DNA of 64,000 bases, taken from Podarcis melisellensis (lineage: Eukaryota). Positions 12,164 to 24,285 of the stretch are shown piece after piece. The stretch lies in the NCBI GenBank assembly GCA_964234715.1, contig OZ174276.1, one strand, 5' to 3'. The notes beneath the pieces were generated by a model. That model was not told the DNA's origin and made no database searches. It saw only the letters and a program-made list of their open reading frames with translations. Position 1 is the stretch's first letter; every line of letters starts with the position of its first letter. Position numbers and translations under genes: made by a program.

Positions 12164-12235
12164 TGTGTGTGTGTGTGTTTGTGTGTGTGCGCACATGCGC
12201 GCGCGCACACACACACAGAGGGAGAGAGAGAGAGA
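12164..12235. repeat. Compound (TG)n-(CG)n-(CA)n-(GA)n microsatellite
   Basis: Read directly from the sequence. Confidence 0.9.
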
Positions 12236-13870
12236 ACAATTCCACAGGGATCATAGACAGTACCCCTGGCATGGGTATATTATCAGGCTGAATTACTGGG
12301 ATCTCTTTGTGTGTATGTGCATATTTATTTCTAACCTTCCCACATCTACATGCTAGACAACTCACACACAATATTTCAGACATATATTGTTTTTGTTTTA
12401 ATTATAATGTAGAAACATTTACCTCCTGTTAGAACCCTGTTCAGTTCCTAAACGCCTTCCTAAAAAGACATCCATGTTGTGCTCTTGCTGTGGCCAATCT
12501 AACCTCAAACAATGGGGGTAACTCAAAGCAGGGTGCCCAAACTAGAACTTCATTGGTGGTGAGTGGATAAATAGGGAGAGAAATTAACTCTGGGCTATGC
12601 AGAATTTTGACACCAAAACCATAGCATGCAGATTTGGGCCTGGAAACTAACCAGCAGCCAGTGCAGTTTCCACAAAACTAGTTGCATATGCTCCCTATTC
12701 TCAAGAGGATGGGTCTCTGCTCACTTTTCCATGCCAGCTTCAGCCTGCCTGGCATTCAAAAGCCAAGTGGCAGCCCTCCTGCCATCGCATCCCACCTGTG
12801 TGGAACTCTCAAATTGCTGCATCATCCATACACGATATCCCCGTCTTCCTTTTCCACTTTTCTTCCTTGTATGCAGGCCCCAAGTCTCCAATCCTTGGCT
12901 CAGCATTAGGTATGGCAAATCGCCATTTCCCTTAAGAAGGTAGGAGATTTATCCAAAGGACATTTCCCAGCTTGCGACCGTGAATCCATCAGCTGCCTTC
13001 GCTGGCCCACTCAATCTTTCATAACTCCCAGTTAAGGACGTGGCATGACAGGTGGATAAAGGATGAAATAAGAGGATGATAAGTGGGATTTACAGGGATC
13101 TCTCTGTGTGTGGCTAGGGCAAAGTTGTTTTTATGCATTGAGGAAATGTACTGCACCCACAACATACTTTTCCATGGGCAGAATCACAGCAGGTGGGTTG
13201 ACCTGGATTAAATATGGAACTGGGGCCTTCCTCATTTAGCCCTCTCCACAGGTTCTACCCACCTGTCCCAAATCTCAGTGGGGAGGCTCTAACCCCTCTT
13301 TTCCAGCCCTATAAGGAACATGGCCAAATACCCCATGTCTAGGGGCCACCAGCCCATTGGAATGCTGAGTCTGAAACCATTTCCTTTGACACAAACCCAA
13401 GTGAGGTGTTTGTTTGTTTGTTTGTTTGTTTTTAGCAGGAAGAACAGTGCAGGCCTAGAGTTGGACACCTCATGCACTGCACAGGTGTCTTACCTCTGCC
13501 CTGCAGAAGGGGCAAAACCTTGGGCAGTGTGGAAACCAGGGAGTCTGACTGTTCCACCCAACTGCCTTTCCTGGCTCCCACTCAGATCATGACAACAGAG
13601 GCTCTTACTTGAGAGAAAGGAAGAGATATTTACCGAAGCTTGGGAGAGACACTTATCTACAATCCTGGAGAGCCACTCTCAGTCACTGTAGACAATACTG
13701 AGCTGCTATGATGATGATGATGATGATTTCTTAATTAAAATTTCTATACCACCCTTCACCCAAGGATCACAGGGTGGTTTACAATGTAAAAACACAAAAA
13801 TACATGCATACCGTAGTAACAAACAAAAAATCTGAATTGATGGCTGCCAGTCAATTTCATTGAATTCAAG

Positions 13871-13890
13871 GAGAGAGGGAGAGAGGGAGA

Positions 13891-13950
<60 letters not shown>
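13871..13950 (+). repeat. (GA)n microsatellite
   Basis: Read directly from the sequence. Confidence 0.95.
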
Positions 13951-13954
<4 letters not shown>

Positions 13955-16900
13955 TCTCCCTGTCCAGTAAAGTCAAGACCCCACCTTTGTGGTCCCATTC
14001 TTTTTATCCACTCTTCAAATCCAGCTGCACGATGTGGTGTAGCCTTTGACTGCCTCCAATGTTTCTCTTCCTTCCCTCAGGATCAGACACAATCCTTCCC
14101 CCCTTCCCTTTCAGTGTGAAATCTTGTACAATCACTGATAGCATCTCCTGGCTTCCTCATACATGGGACATTGTGGCAGACAATGCCTCTGTGTTTCAAT
14201 CTCCTCTCAGTCACGCTGATTGCACAGCCTCTTCTCTCTGGGTATGCTCTGTGTCTGCGCTCGTCTGGCTTCTGTCAATGGATTGCATTCCGAGTCTGTT
14301 AATCATTTATCCTGTGTTTCCAGAATGTCTGTCTAAAGGACGTTCAGGTATGTGGCACACTCACAGCGTTCCCCAACTCTTCTGTGAATTGTGTGTGAAT
14401 AATATTTCCTACTGTATTCCCTTCTTAGCAAAACAGCTTGGGTTTCACATTTCACAAGAGTACACTTCCAGAACCTGGATCAATTTCCTCTGTAAGATCC
14501 AGTGCTTGGCATTCTTAATTAAATCTCCATTTTATTAGACAACTGGCCCTCTCCTTTATTAACAGCTTGGCTCTATGCAGTTTTATTTAGAAGGAAGTCC
14601 TACTGAGGTCAGCAGGGCTGACTCCTCAGCAAGTCTGCATGGTGCAGCCTAAAGCAAGTGCAATGATATAGCAAGACCTTTATAGATGAAGGGAGGGGTC
14701 TGGGTGTGGATAGTGCCAATGACCACAGTGGAGGAAAAAAACAACAAGCCTGAAAGTGAATAGGCTTGTCCAGGGATGGAGTTGCTCCACCAAATATGCA
14801 CAGCACAGGTTGGGTGGTGGTGTGAGGCCTTGGTGCTCTACAGACCTGCAAAATAAGTGTGTATTGTATTGGACTTCTTGTTCCCTTGGCCAGCTCATAT
14901 CTTGGTCCCATGCAGGTAAGAACAAATAGTATGGAATAATACACTAAAAACCAAACAACACCAATCAGGAGACAGCTGTGATTTACCCATTGCTATTCTG
15001 AACCACTTCAAACTGCAGGTGCAAGTCTGCTGTTTCTCCTATCCTGAATGTGGTGGCTCAAAGATTACTTGATCTTGCTGCACCCTTCACCAACAAGTAA
15101 TGACTGTTTTGGTGAGCTACAAGGGCTCCCTCCCTCCCAAGCAACATCAGTGCTGCCTGTACCTTTAAGACAGCATCCATTGCTCCTGCCAAATCCAATG
15201 GGGTTGGCCACATTGGGGTGTCACCAAGAGACATCACCCACAATCAAACACCAGGCAATAGGGTGCTTTCTCACATGCCTGCCAGCTGGGCAAGTACAGT
15301 CTCAGCTGGTGATTATGGGCTTGATGAAGGGGTTTAAGCAGCCCTGAGTTAATCAGGAAGGGAGAGAGCTGAGTCTAACATAGCCAACAACTAGTGACTG
15401 AACTCCCTCCAGGAGAGAAAGCCGCCCTTCAAGACTAGCCCTCACCTCATAGACTTCCCCAGGGAAGACTGAAGGCAGGCACCCTCCCTATCCAGAGGGA
15501 TCTGGTCTATTCCCTCCAGTGCTCCCATGGCCACACCTGGACTGCCAGGGAACAACGAGAGGCAGTGCTGGATCTCTCCCTGAGGAAACCCTGGGATCAG
15601 TGTTGCCCTGCCTCTGGCTGATGTGGAAAGGGACACCCAGGCGCCATCACTCACAGCTAGGGGAAAACCAGCCTCACCTCCCCAAATCCCAAAGAGGAGT
15701 ATGAGATGCAGACTTTAAATACCTCCAGCTGGTGGGCCTTAGACCCAGGTGCCAACTGGGAAGGAAACTGTGTGATGAAAGCAGGACTAGAATTGACTCA
15801 AAAGCACTGGTGGGCCTACATTTTGGGCCCTGAAACTTGAACTCTTATGGGGGTCCCTTTGCAATGAGGTCTGGGTAACCGCTGTTATCTTCTTCAATGG
15901 GGTTGTTCCATGACAGAACCCCACACCTTTACAACATCTGTGCTACTGACTCTCAAACTTTGGGATTGTTGAAATATATACAGCAAAAAATGAATCAATT
16001 TGAGCCGTGTGACTCAAATTGGGCCTACTAGACCCAACATTTTTAAATAATGTGGACTTAAGTCGCTTCTGGGGCCCCTCCAGGATTAGGGGCCAAGAAG
16101 TTTTAGCTTCATTAGTTTCATAGTAGATCTGCCCCTGCTGAAATGGAGCTATCATCTGAAATTACCTGGCTGTTATGGACCTTTGACTCATCCAGGCTTC
16201 TGTTCCAAGCACAGAGAATGATTTTATGCACCTCTGGGGCTTATGTACAAGGAACACAGGAAGCTGCCTTGTACGTTGGTCTATTTTGCTCAGTATTGTC
16301 TACCTCAACAAGCAGTGGCTCTTCAGTGTAATCTAACCCTAACAAAAGAGACTTTCTTTGAGCAAGCCTGGTCTCTTGGTATGGATCTGAAGAAGTGGGC
16401 AATGGAACTGAAGGGTCAAGGCGCGTATCCAAAAACTGCACAGCTGTCTGGAGAAATCTTAAGCTGAAATCCTCAACCCACGTACCAGCAGGGAAGTCCC
16501 ATTAAACGCCATGGGGCTTAGCCCTGAGTAAACATGACTCTGATGGTTCTGTCTGGCTCCTAACGATCGCTTCCCCTGTGCACACTCCATCCCCAACTCC
16601 TTGTGGAACGAAAGCAGCTGCTGCTGCAGAGTGGCATAATTAAATGCTGCCATTAATCCCGGCTCCGGGCTGGAGATTGCTGCTGTTCTTTTCTGCTAAG
16701 ACAAGGTGGGGGAGCTCAAACATGTGGGGTGCAGGACAACCATTGCTTTTGTTTGCAGAGCAAAACAAGTGCCTGCTTTCCCTTGGCTTGTAAGGCTCTC
16801 GCTGCAGACAAGTGTGTTTAATGGCACTCCATACTGCGGCAAGAGTGTCCAGCCTCTGTTGTTTTCCCCAGCAGAAAGCGCCATGGGGGGCACTCATCCA

Positions 16901-18656
16901 CACCACAGCAGAGTGTGTCTGCTTCAAAGGATGAGTTTGGCCCCGACGGGAGCCAAGTGTGGCTTGCTAGCCCAGTATTTCCGTGGTCCCTGCACAGGCT
17001 TTCCTGTATTGAGATACCCAGTTCTGGTGACAACTGGAGTGTCTTTTAAAACCTCCAATTTACAGAGCTACCTGACCTTCTAGAGGCAGCTGCCTCGATT
17101 GTAGCAGAGAGCTGAAACCAATATGCTCCCTACAAAGAATGAATATCACAGGTTTGGTTGCAAAGGGTAGAGTTTTCTGTGGAGGCTAGCACTACACATG
17201 CAGGGGATGACGTAGGAAGGATGCTGTTGGAATGCTAAGTACCGCTTCAGATTGCAGGGGGCAGAATGCCAATCTGAATGCTCCCCAATTTGAAAACAGC
17301 CTTTGCTGCAAGTAGGAAACTAGCATGTAAAGGAGGAAGTTTCTAGTCAAGGCTCAAGCCTGTTGTGCTGGTTTCTGTTTCAAGGGAAGACTGGAAAAAT
17401 GAGGCCACTCACCTTCCGTCTAAGATGATCCAGTTCATTCTTTTTCTTCTGCAGAAGCATCTCACATCTGAATTTGGATAAATGCCTCTTTGGGTTCTCT
17501 CCATTTCCTGCTGCATGGTTCTTGCATCCACATAAGCCCCACTGCATGCATAAGCCAGGCCTCGGCGGACCGCAATTTGAAGAACAACTTTAAAACAACA
17601 AAAAGAATTTGTCAGCTTTTACAGAAAACAAAAGTATGGGGGGAAACTCACAATTTTCAGGTTTCTCTGGCCTTCAGGACATATCGCTTCTTAGTCCTAC
17701 TCTCCACACACCCTGGAAGCACTCTTGCCTGTCTGGAATACAGGTATGTCCTTATTATAATAATAATTTATTATTTGTACCCTGCCCATCTGACTGGATT
17801 GTCCTAGCCACTCTGGGCAGCTTGAATTGAATTACGCTAAGGGCACAGTCCCTCCCCAGAGCGGCTGCATCCCACAGTTTTGGCCAACAGCAATGGCTTA
17901 CTCGTGGCAAACAAGCTCTATGACTCACCTGCCATGAGCAGAAGTTGTGATGTTGCACTGCACAGATCAGATGCTCTTGCTGAGGTTTGCTGTCATGCTG
18001 CCACAACCGCAAGCTGCTTGTTGCAAGTGGGAAGCCACTTTGAGGAAAGGAGGCGGAAAGGTGGCTGTGCGAGCAAGTCCACAGGGTATTTGTTGGCCTT
18101 GTATGTTTTCCCTATTGCTTTTGGCACAAAGTGTTGCCTGATCTGAGCAGGGAGCCCATTTTTCTGTCACCCAGACTCAGGTAAAGAGAACAAGGGGGAG
18201 CTAAGCCAGCTGCCTCTGAAGCCCATAATAAGATGTCTGCAAAACCAAAGAGGCGTTTCCAAGCACACACTTGTTTGAAGTTAGAGTGGACCCTTCTCCC
18301 ACAAGCAGGACACAAGTGCAATGGCATTCCCTCGCTCGTGATCACCAGTGTGTTCCTCAAGCGTCTTCTGTCACTGAGCTATAGTTCTTCCCGTTCAAAT
18401 GGTTGCCAAATACTGCTTCCAGAATGCAATATGCCCATTCCTTGCTTAGACTTAGGTCACCAAGGCTGCAGTCCTAAACACACCTCGTCAAGCTAAGTCA
18501 CATGCACTTCTGAGAAAATATGGGGATAAAAACTGGTAGCAAGACAGGAGGATCATAAACCTAACCATTCTTAAGACTACTCAAGCATGGTACTCTTGGT
18601 TTTAATCATATGGTCTGACTTGGCATGAGGCAGTTTTTTATGTTCCATTATAAAAG

Positions 18657-18918
18657 GAGAGCCAGTGTGGTGTAGTGGTTAAGAGCGGTAGTCTTGTAAT
18701 CTGGGGAACCGGGTTTGCGTCTCCGCTCCTCCACATGCAGCTGCTGGGTTGGGTGACCTTGGGCCAGTCACACTTCTTTGAAGTCTCTCAGCCCCACTCA
18801 CCTCACAGAGTGTTTGTTGTGGGGGAGGAAGGGAAAGGAGAATGTTAGCCGCTTTGAGACTCCTTCAAGGGAGTGAAAGGCGGGATATTAAATCCAAACT
18901 CTTCTTCTTCTCTTCTTC
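18657..18918 (+). mobile_element. Squam3-like CORE-SINE
   Basis: Near-identical to 4067-4327. Confidence 0.85.
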
Positions 18919-18950
18919 ATGGTCAGCCATGACAGTGCCAGGCAGTAAGT

Positions 18951-19188
18951 NNNNNNNNNNNNNNNNNNNNNNNNNNNNNNNNNNNNNNNNNNNNNNNNNN
19001 NNNNNNNNNNNNNNNNNNNNNNNNNNNNNNNNNNNNNNNNNNNNNNNNNNNNNNNNNNNNNNNNNNNNNNNNNNNNNNNNNNNNNNNNNNNNNNNNNNNN
19101 NNNNNNNNNNNNNNNNNNNNNNNNNNNNNNNNNNNNNNNNNNNNNNNNNNNNNNNNNNNNNNNNNNNNNNNNNNNNNNNNNNNNNNNN
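18951..19188. other. Assembly gap (238 N)
   Basis: Run of N. Confidence 1.
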
Positions 19189-19390
19189 TTTCCTCCAGGG
19201 AGCTCAAGGTGGTGAACTTGGTTCTCCCCCTCCTCATTTAATTCCCACAACAACCTTGTGAGGTTGGTTAGGCAGAGAGGCAGTGACTAGCCCAAGGCCA
19301 CCCAGTGAGCTTCATGGCCAGGTGGGGATTTGAACCCTGGTCTCCCAGGCCCTAGCCCTCCACTCCAAGCACTATGCCATCCTGGCTCTC
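19189..19390 (-). mobile_element. Older MIR/Ther1-like CORE-SINE
   Basis: cacaacaaccttgtgagg...gcccaaggccacccagtgagc...gatttgaaccctggtctcc matches the MIR-type reverse complement. Confidence 0.75.
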
Positions 19391-22300
19391 AGTATAAGGA
19401 ACAGAAAGACAGGGGAAATGTATTGGTTACACAGTCGCTTTGTAAATCAAATCTGCATAACCCTTGGAGATTCCCTTACCATCGATCAGCATTCAGATTC
19501 CTCACAATAGCACATGTCCTCCCTGGTGCTAATCAAACACCTTTGCAGGTTACTTTCTCCAACCCGTAGCACATTCACAGAGAGGAGCCTTATGGATTTC
19601 CTCTCTCTTGCTTTGTCACTTGCAGTCGCATTGTTCTTCCCAAGCTGGGGACTCAGCATTGATTCTTCTTTGTATTTTTAGGCTGAGTAGTTAATGCTCT
19701 GTTGGTCCCACAAAAGGAGATGGAAGAACAGCCCAAAATCATTCTTTTTAAATGGGCATACTCTCTGTTATATTCAGATGATTGTTAACAAAGCCCTGAC
19801 ATTTTTCAAAATGAAAAGCATTCTTGGGAAGCCACAATTTTGAGTGGAAGAGCAGCAGCAGGGAGGGGTGCTTAACCATTTCCCGTTAGCCATTTTTCCT
19901 TCCAAATTGCCCCACTAAACAGCTTTTCTTCCTATGGCAGAAAAAAAGCAGCTTGGGGAGGGAGACGAGCGGAAAAACAGGTGGTGGGGAAAGGGTTAAG
20001 TGCCCCTTTCCCCTATTGCTACTAACCTTAAAATTAAAGCCTTCTGGTGTTGCTTTTCATTAAAACAAAAAACAGGGCTTTTTTATTTGCATTTGCATGT
20101 AGTTTCTCTCTAAATTCCCTAATCCAAATGTATTTTATTGTATCTGCACAGTCAAATACCAGTCAGCTTGGTGCGTAGGAGGACTTGGGAGAATTCCTAG
20201 ACTTATGAGTAACTTTTGCTAAATTTAACTGTATAATCTTTGCTTGGCCACCATGGACTTTCAAAGGAAACTGGTTGAGCAGTTTGGGAAGCTTTCCATA
20301 AAAAGAAAAACACTTATCCCCCCCCCCATATGTGATTAAGAATCAACTCCTATCATTACAGCAATGTCCACAGCCTCATTTCCTGTTTAATGATGTCACA
20401 GGTGTCTCTCTTCTTGCATTTTATAGTTTGACTATGGGCAATTACACACAAACAGCTGCCCTGTAGTGCACGTGCTAAACTCTGTTGTGTAAGACTGTAC
20501 AATTTAGCAGCTGCCTTGTGGTGGGGAGCCTTTCTTCTGGTACCGTCCACCTCCCAGAAAGACCCACAGTTGCCACCGCCCCACCCCCAATCCATCTGTA
20601 TGCATACCTTTGTGGATCACTTGGGAAGAATGGCTTGCAACGCAGTGATTCAAAGTGGCCACACACGCAGCGTCTGCTCAACATGTATAGCCATCCAACT
20701 GAACAACCAGGCCACACTTGGCAGAGCAGCAGGCCGTAATCTCCACTGAGAGCTCTGCACTGGGTCCTGCTACATCTCCATCCCTTTCCACCCCACAACA
20801 TTGCACACACCATACACTGGGAAATGCACTGGCACGGCTCTGACACAACCCGCCTGGCTGCTCCTTCGGCTTCTGTGGTGTGAAAACACAAATGAGTAAT
20901 TGGCATCACTCTGGAAACAGCCATTGCCCTCTGACGCTTCCCTAATGACAGTCCTGAGTGGCACTCCAGCGTGTGCCAAAGAGGGCTTTTTGTGTCCACA
21001 TTCCTGCTTGCAAGGAAGCTAAGTGGAACTCTCCACCATGCCAACAATTCATAATCCCACTGGGATTTCTCTTGACATTTGGTCATCCATCCTTGTCATC
21101 GCTCATGTGCTCAAACTCCTTGGCGTTCAGTACCCTGCTCCCATCTTCCTCTTTGGGAGTATCTAGGATACGGTAATGCTCTTGGGCATCCCTACCCCAA
21201 AAGAAGACCCTCTTGCATCTCTCATGAATTTATCCCATCCCATCCCTTCCAAGCAGAGTTTTGTCTCTGGACATTCCCTCACTGCACCAGCATTCAGTCT
21301 CATGTGTCGGTGGAATTCCCCTTTCTGGGGGGTGAGGAACACTCTGTTAGTGACTTATAAGACAGTCCTCCGTTCCAGAGCATAGCCCAGCCCAGCCCAG
21401 TTCCAGGACACAGTTCCTACAGCCAGAAGCTGGTCCTGTATCTCTACGTAAGGTCCTCTGACCAATAATATCACCACATAATAATCAGTCATCCTGGGGA
21501 CCCTGCACCAACAATGAGCAACAACATGGCAGAAATCTTGCTAAATTAAACCTGCTCCCTGCTCCAGTGGGATGATGTGGCTGCTCTGAAATAGTCATCT
21601 ATCTATCTCTCTCCACCAAGCAGGAGCAGAATGCCCCACGGGAATGACACAGATAGTACCTAACTGCGTCATTTCTCAATTTCATCAAACTCAGGAGAGG
21701 CAGTGGATGTGCTAGATCAGCGGCAATCGACTGAAAAGGACCAATACACTGGACAAGATGGGCTACTGTGCAGAGGGTGAGGGATTGTCAGTCTGGCCAG
21801 GCGGTTTTGATGGTGGTTGCACTCTCCCTAAATTCACAGTTCAGGGGTGCTCATTGATCCAGCACTGGCACTAGAGCCACCGGCTATTTTTATTGTAAGC
21901 TGCCCAGAGTACCTAGTTGTTGTGCAGCATATAAAGATTGTAAGTAAAATAGATATAGGCCCTGCCTTTGTAGATAACAATCTCCTCTCCCAAGAGGATA
22001 GAATCTGTTGGAGGGTCTCCTTGGACAATCTAAGAGCTTTGCAGTGTCATTTGAGAGAAGGCTGCATAGGATCAGACTATGCAGGGGTCTAAAGGACAAA
22101 AGCAGAATGTTACATTGCGCCTCAAAATGAACTGGCAGCCAGTGCAGATGTTTCAAAATAGGTGTAATATGTTCTCTCTGACTTTCCCACTTAGCCTTGC
22201 GTCCAGTTAGAGGCTGAAAGGTTTTCTTTGGGCCTATACCACAGCCCTGTTCAGATAGTCATCTGGAAGGGAGGCGAGGTAGGGTCTCAGTTGCTGGCCT

Positions 22301-24143
22301 CTCCCTTATGTGACTGTGCCTTGAAAAAGCCTCCCTGGCACAATCCTGACCCTGGCTATTCAAGGATCTGAGACTGGCCAGGCAGAATGCACATGTGTAG
22401 GATCTCTGCTGAAATGAGAAAGGAGGCACTGGATTAGTGGGCAAAGAGGAATGCCTAAACAGGGCTTGCATCTTTTCTGCTTCACAAATAAGCTGCTTAT
22501 TCTGCTGACTTGCTCTGCACTGATGTTGTCACAGTGACTTCTTGTTAGGGGCAGCGTTGCTGGTTTTCTCTGGCCAGTAGTGAGGAGTCTGATTGGCATC
22601 CCTCTCCCGTCTTCATCACCACAGCCTGCTCACTTTTTAGAGCTCTTCCTGGATGCATAGAACCAGCCTGATCAGCATCCTGCACAGCCGTCTGCCTCCC
22701 AAACCGAGTCCCCTGCTGTGTCTCTGCCTGGCTGCACTCAGTGCTGGAGCTGTGCATATTCCTGCTGGCTCCCTGGTTATGTCGCACAGCTGGCACCTGT
22801 CCTCCTTCCCCATTCCATATGCCTGTCATGGTCTGAGATGAGCCTGTGACAAGTGGCTGTGTGTGCAAATGTCTCCCTGCCCACACTCCACAAACATACA
22901 CAAACAGCCATGCCCTACCATGTGTAATCTCTGTATTCCTGTACCCATTCTGGGAGCAGCTCATGCCCAAGAGAATTCAGTTCTGAGCGGGCTCCTCTCC
23001 AGATCACGTCATCTCATCAGGCCAGAGATTTGACCCTGGTTCCTAGACCAGAACAGCTATTTTTACACATGCACACACTGTGTAAGGAGAAACCTCCCCC
23101 AAATTAATGAAAGCAACCCCACACAACAATATGAGGTGCAGAGATATTTCTACAAACATTAACCAAAGCAACAAACTGGTCCTCTCTATTTCTGTCTACA
23201 AATACTCAGTGACATGTTCACTAGCTGGACCAAGTGAGGGTTTGTCCACGCTTCTGCTTGTCCCCTGCCTAGAAAGCATGGGTCCGAGTAGTTCTGCATT
23301 TTCCCCACTGCTTTCCCATGGAATGCATACTCTTTCCTGCTGAATTGGAACAAACAGCAATCCATGGAAAACCTGACTGCTGTTTGGTCTGATTCAGCAG
23401 CAAACCGTGGATTTTCCCGGGGTTAAGTGGTGAGGCAAACAGAGATTAGACAAAACATGCATCTCTTCACCAGGACAATTATGACCCTGCCAATTCACTG
23501 ATCTGAGATTGCATGGACATAGTCTACATGTGGAAAGTATGAACATGCGCTGGTTTTTCTGCTGAACTGCTCCTCTCTATTTCTTTCCATATATACTCAA
23601 TGATAAACGTTCACTGTCTGGACCAAATGAGACAAGACACCAAAGATTGTGTATTTTTAAAAAGCATCTAGAAAATTGGGGGAAATTGGATCAGGACTCT
23701 GGTGTGGTGCTGGGATAAAGGAAGATTTAGCCCTTTCCTCCCCAATCATCATCTCAATTTAAACCAGCCTCTTAACCTGCTAGATGCCTGGAGGGGGAAT
23801 GTACAGGTACCAAATCAATAGATATGTTTCCTCCTTCTCATGGGGTAAATAGCAAGTCATGGGGGTGTAGATGAGGACTAATCCTAGATATGTTGGTGTC
23901 TGAAGTGGAGCACAGATGCTGCTGTGCCCACACAAGGGTTATCTCTTCAGACAGATATGCTGTACCATTCAGACACCAATCCCAGCCTTTATCTATGACA
24001 CAAACCTTTGTACCACCTGAAGCAGGTCATTTCATCCTGCTCCATTGTAGAACTGGCCCTGAACAATGCATTTCGAATGGGGAATATGGCTAACACCTCC
24101 TCCCCCAGCACTATTGTCCCAGTCATATGAAGTCGGGGTCAAA

Positions 24144-24285
24144 AGAATCATAGAATTGTAGAATTGGAAGGGACCATGAGGATAATTTAGTCCAACCCCC
24201 TGCAATGCAGGACTCCTTTTGCCCAACAGGGGCTCAAACCCACAACCCTGAGATTAAGAGTCTCACGCTTTACCAGCTGAGCTAG
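24144..24285 (-). mobile_element. tRNA-Lys(CTT)-headed SINE with CR1 3' tail
   Basis: Minus strand tagctcag...gagactcttaatctcagggttgtgggtttgagcccc..ttgggc, then ctgcattgcagggggttggact...cccttccaattctacaattctatgattc. Copies at 32838-32963 and 35594-35725 (+). Confidence 0.8.

Noticed and set aside
15219-15916. Possible third LTR ending in ccatgaca
   Set aside because: Only the terminus resembles LTRs A/B; I could not find the internal homology, ORF motifs or a TSD.
18842-19261. Three ORFs of 104-139 aa
   Set aside because: Artefacts of reading through the N gap, flanked by SINEs.
20475-21086. 203-aa minus-strand ORF (also 57421-58002, 8733-9248, 4459-4968)
   Set aside because: No recognisable motif or exon structure; consistent with chance ORFs, some running through SINEs.
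24200-24285. tRNA-like sequences (Lys here; Asn, Ile, Ala elsewhere)
   Set aside because: Mutated stems and fusion to LINE-derived tails mark them as SINE heads, not tRNA genes.
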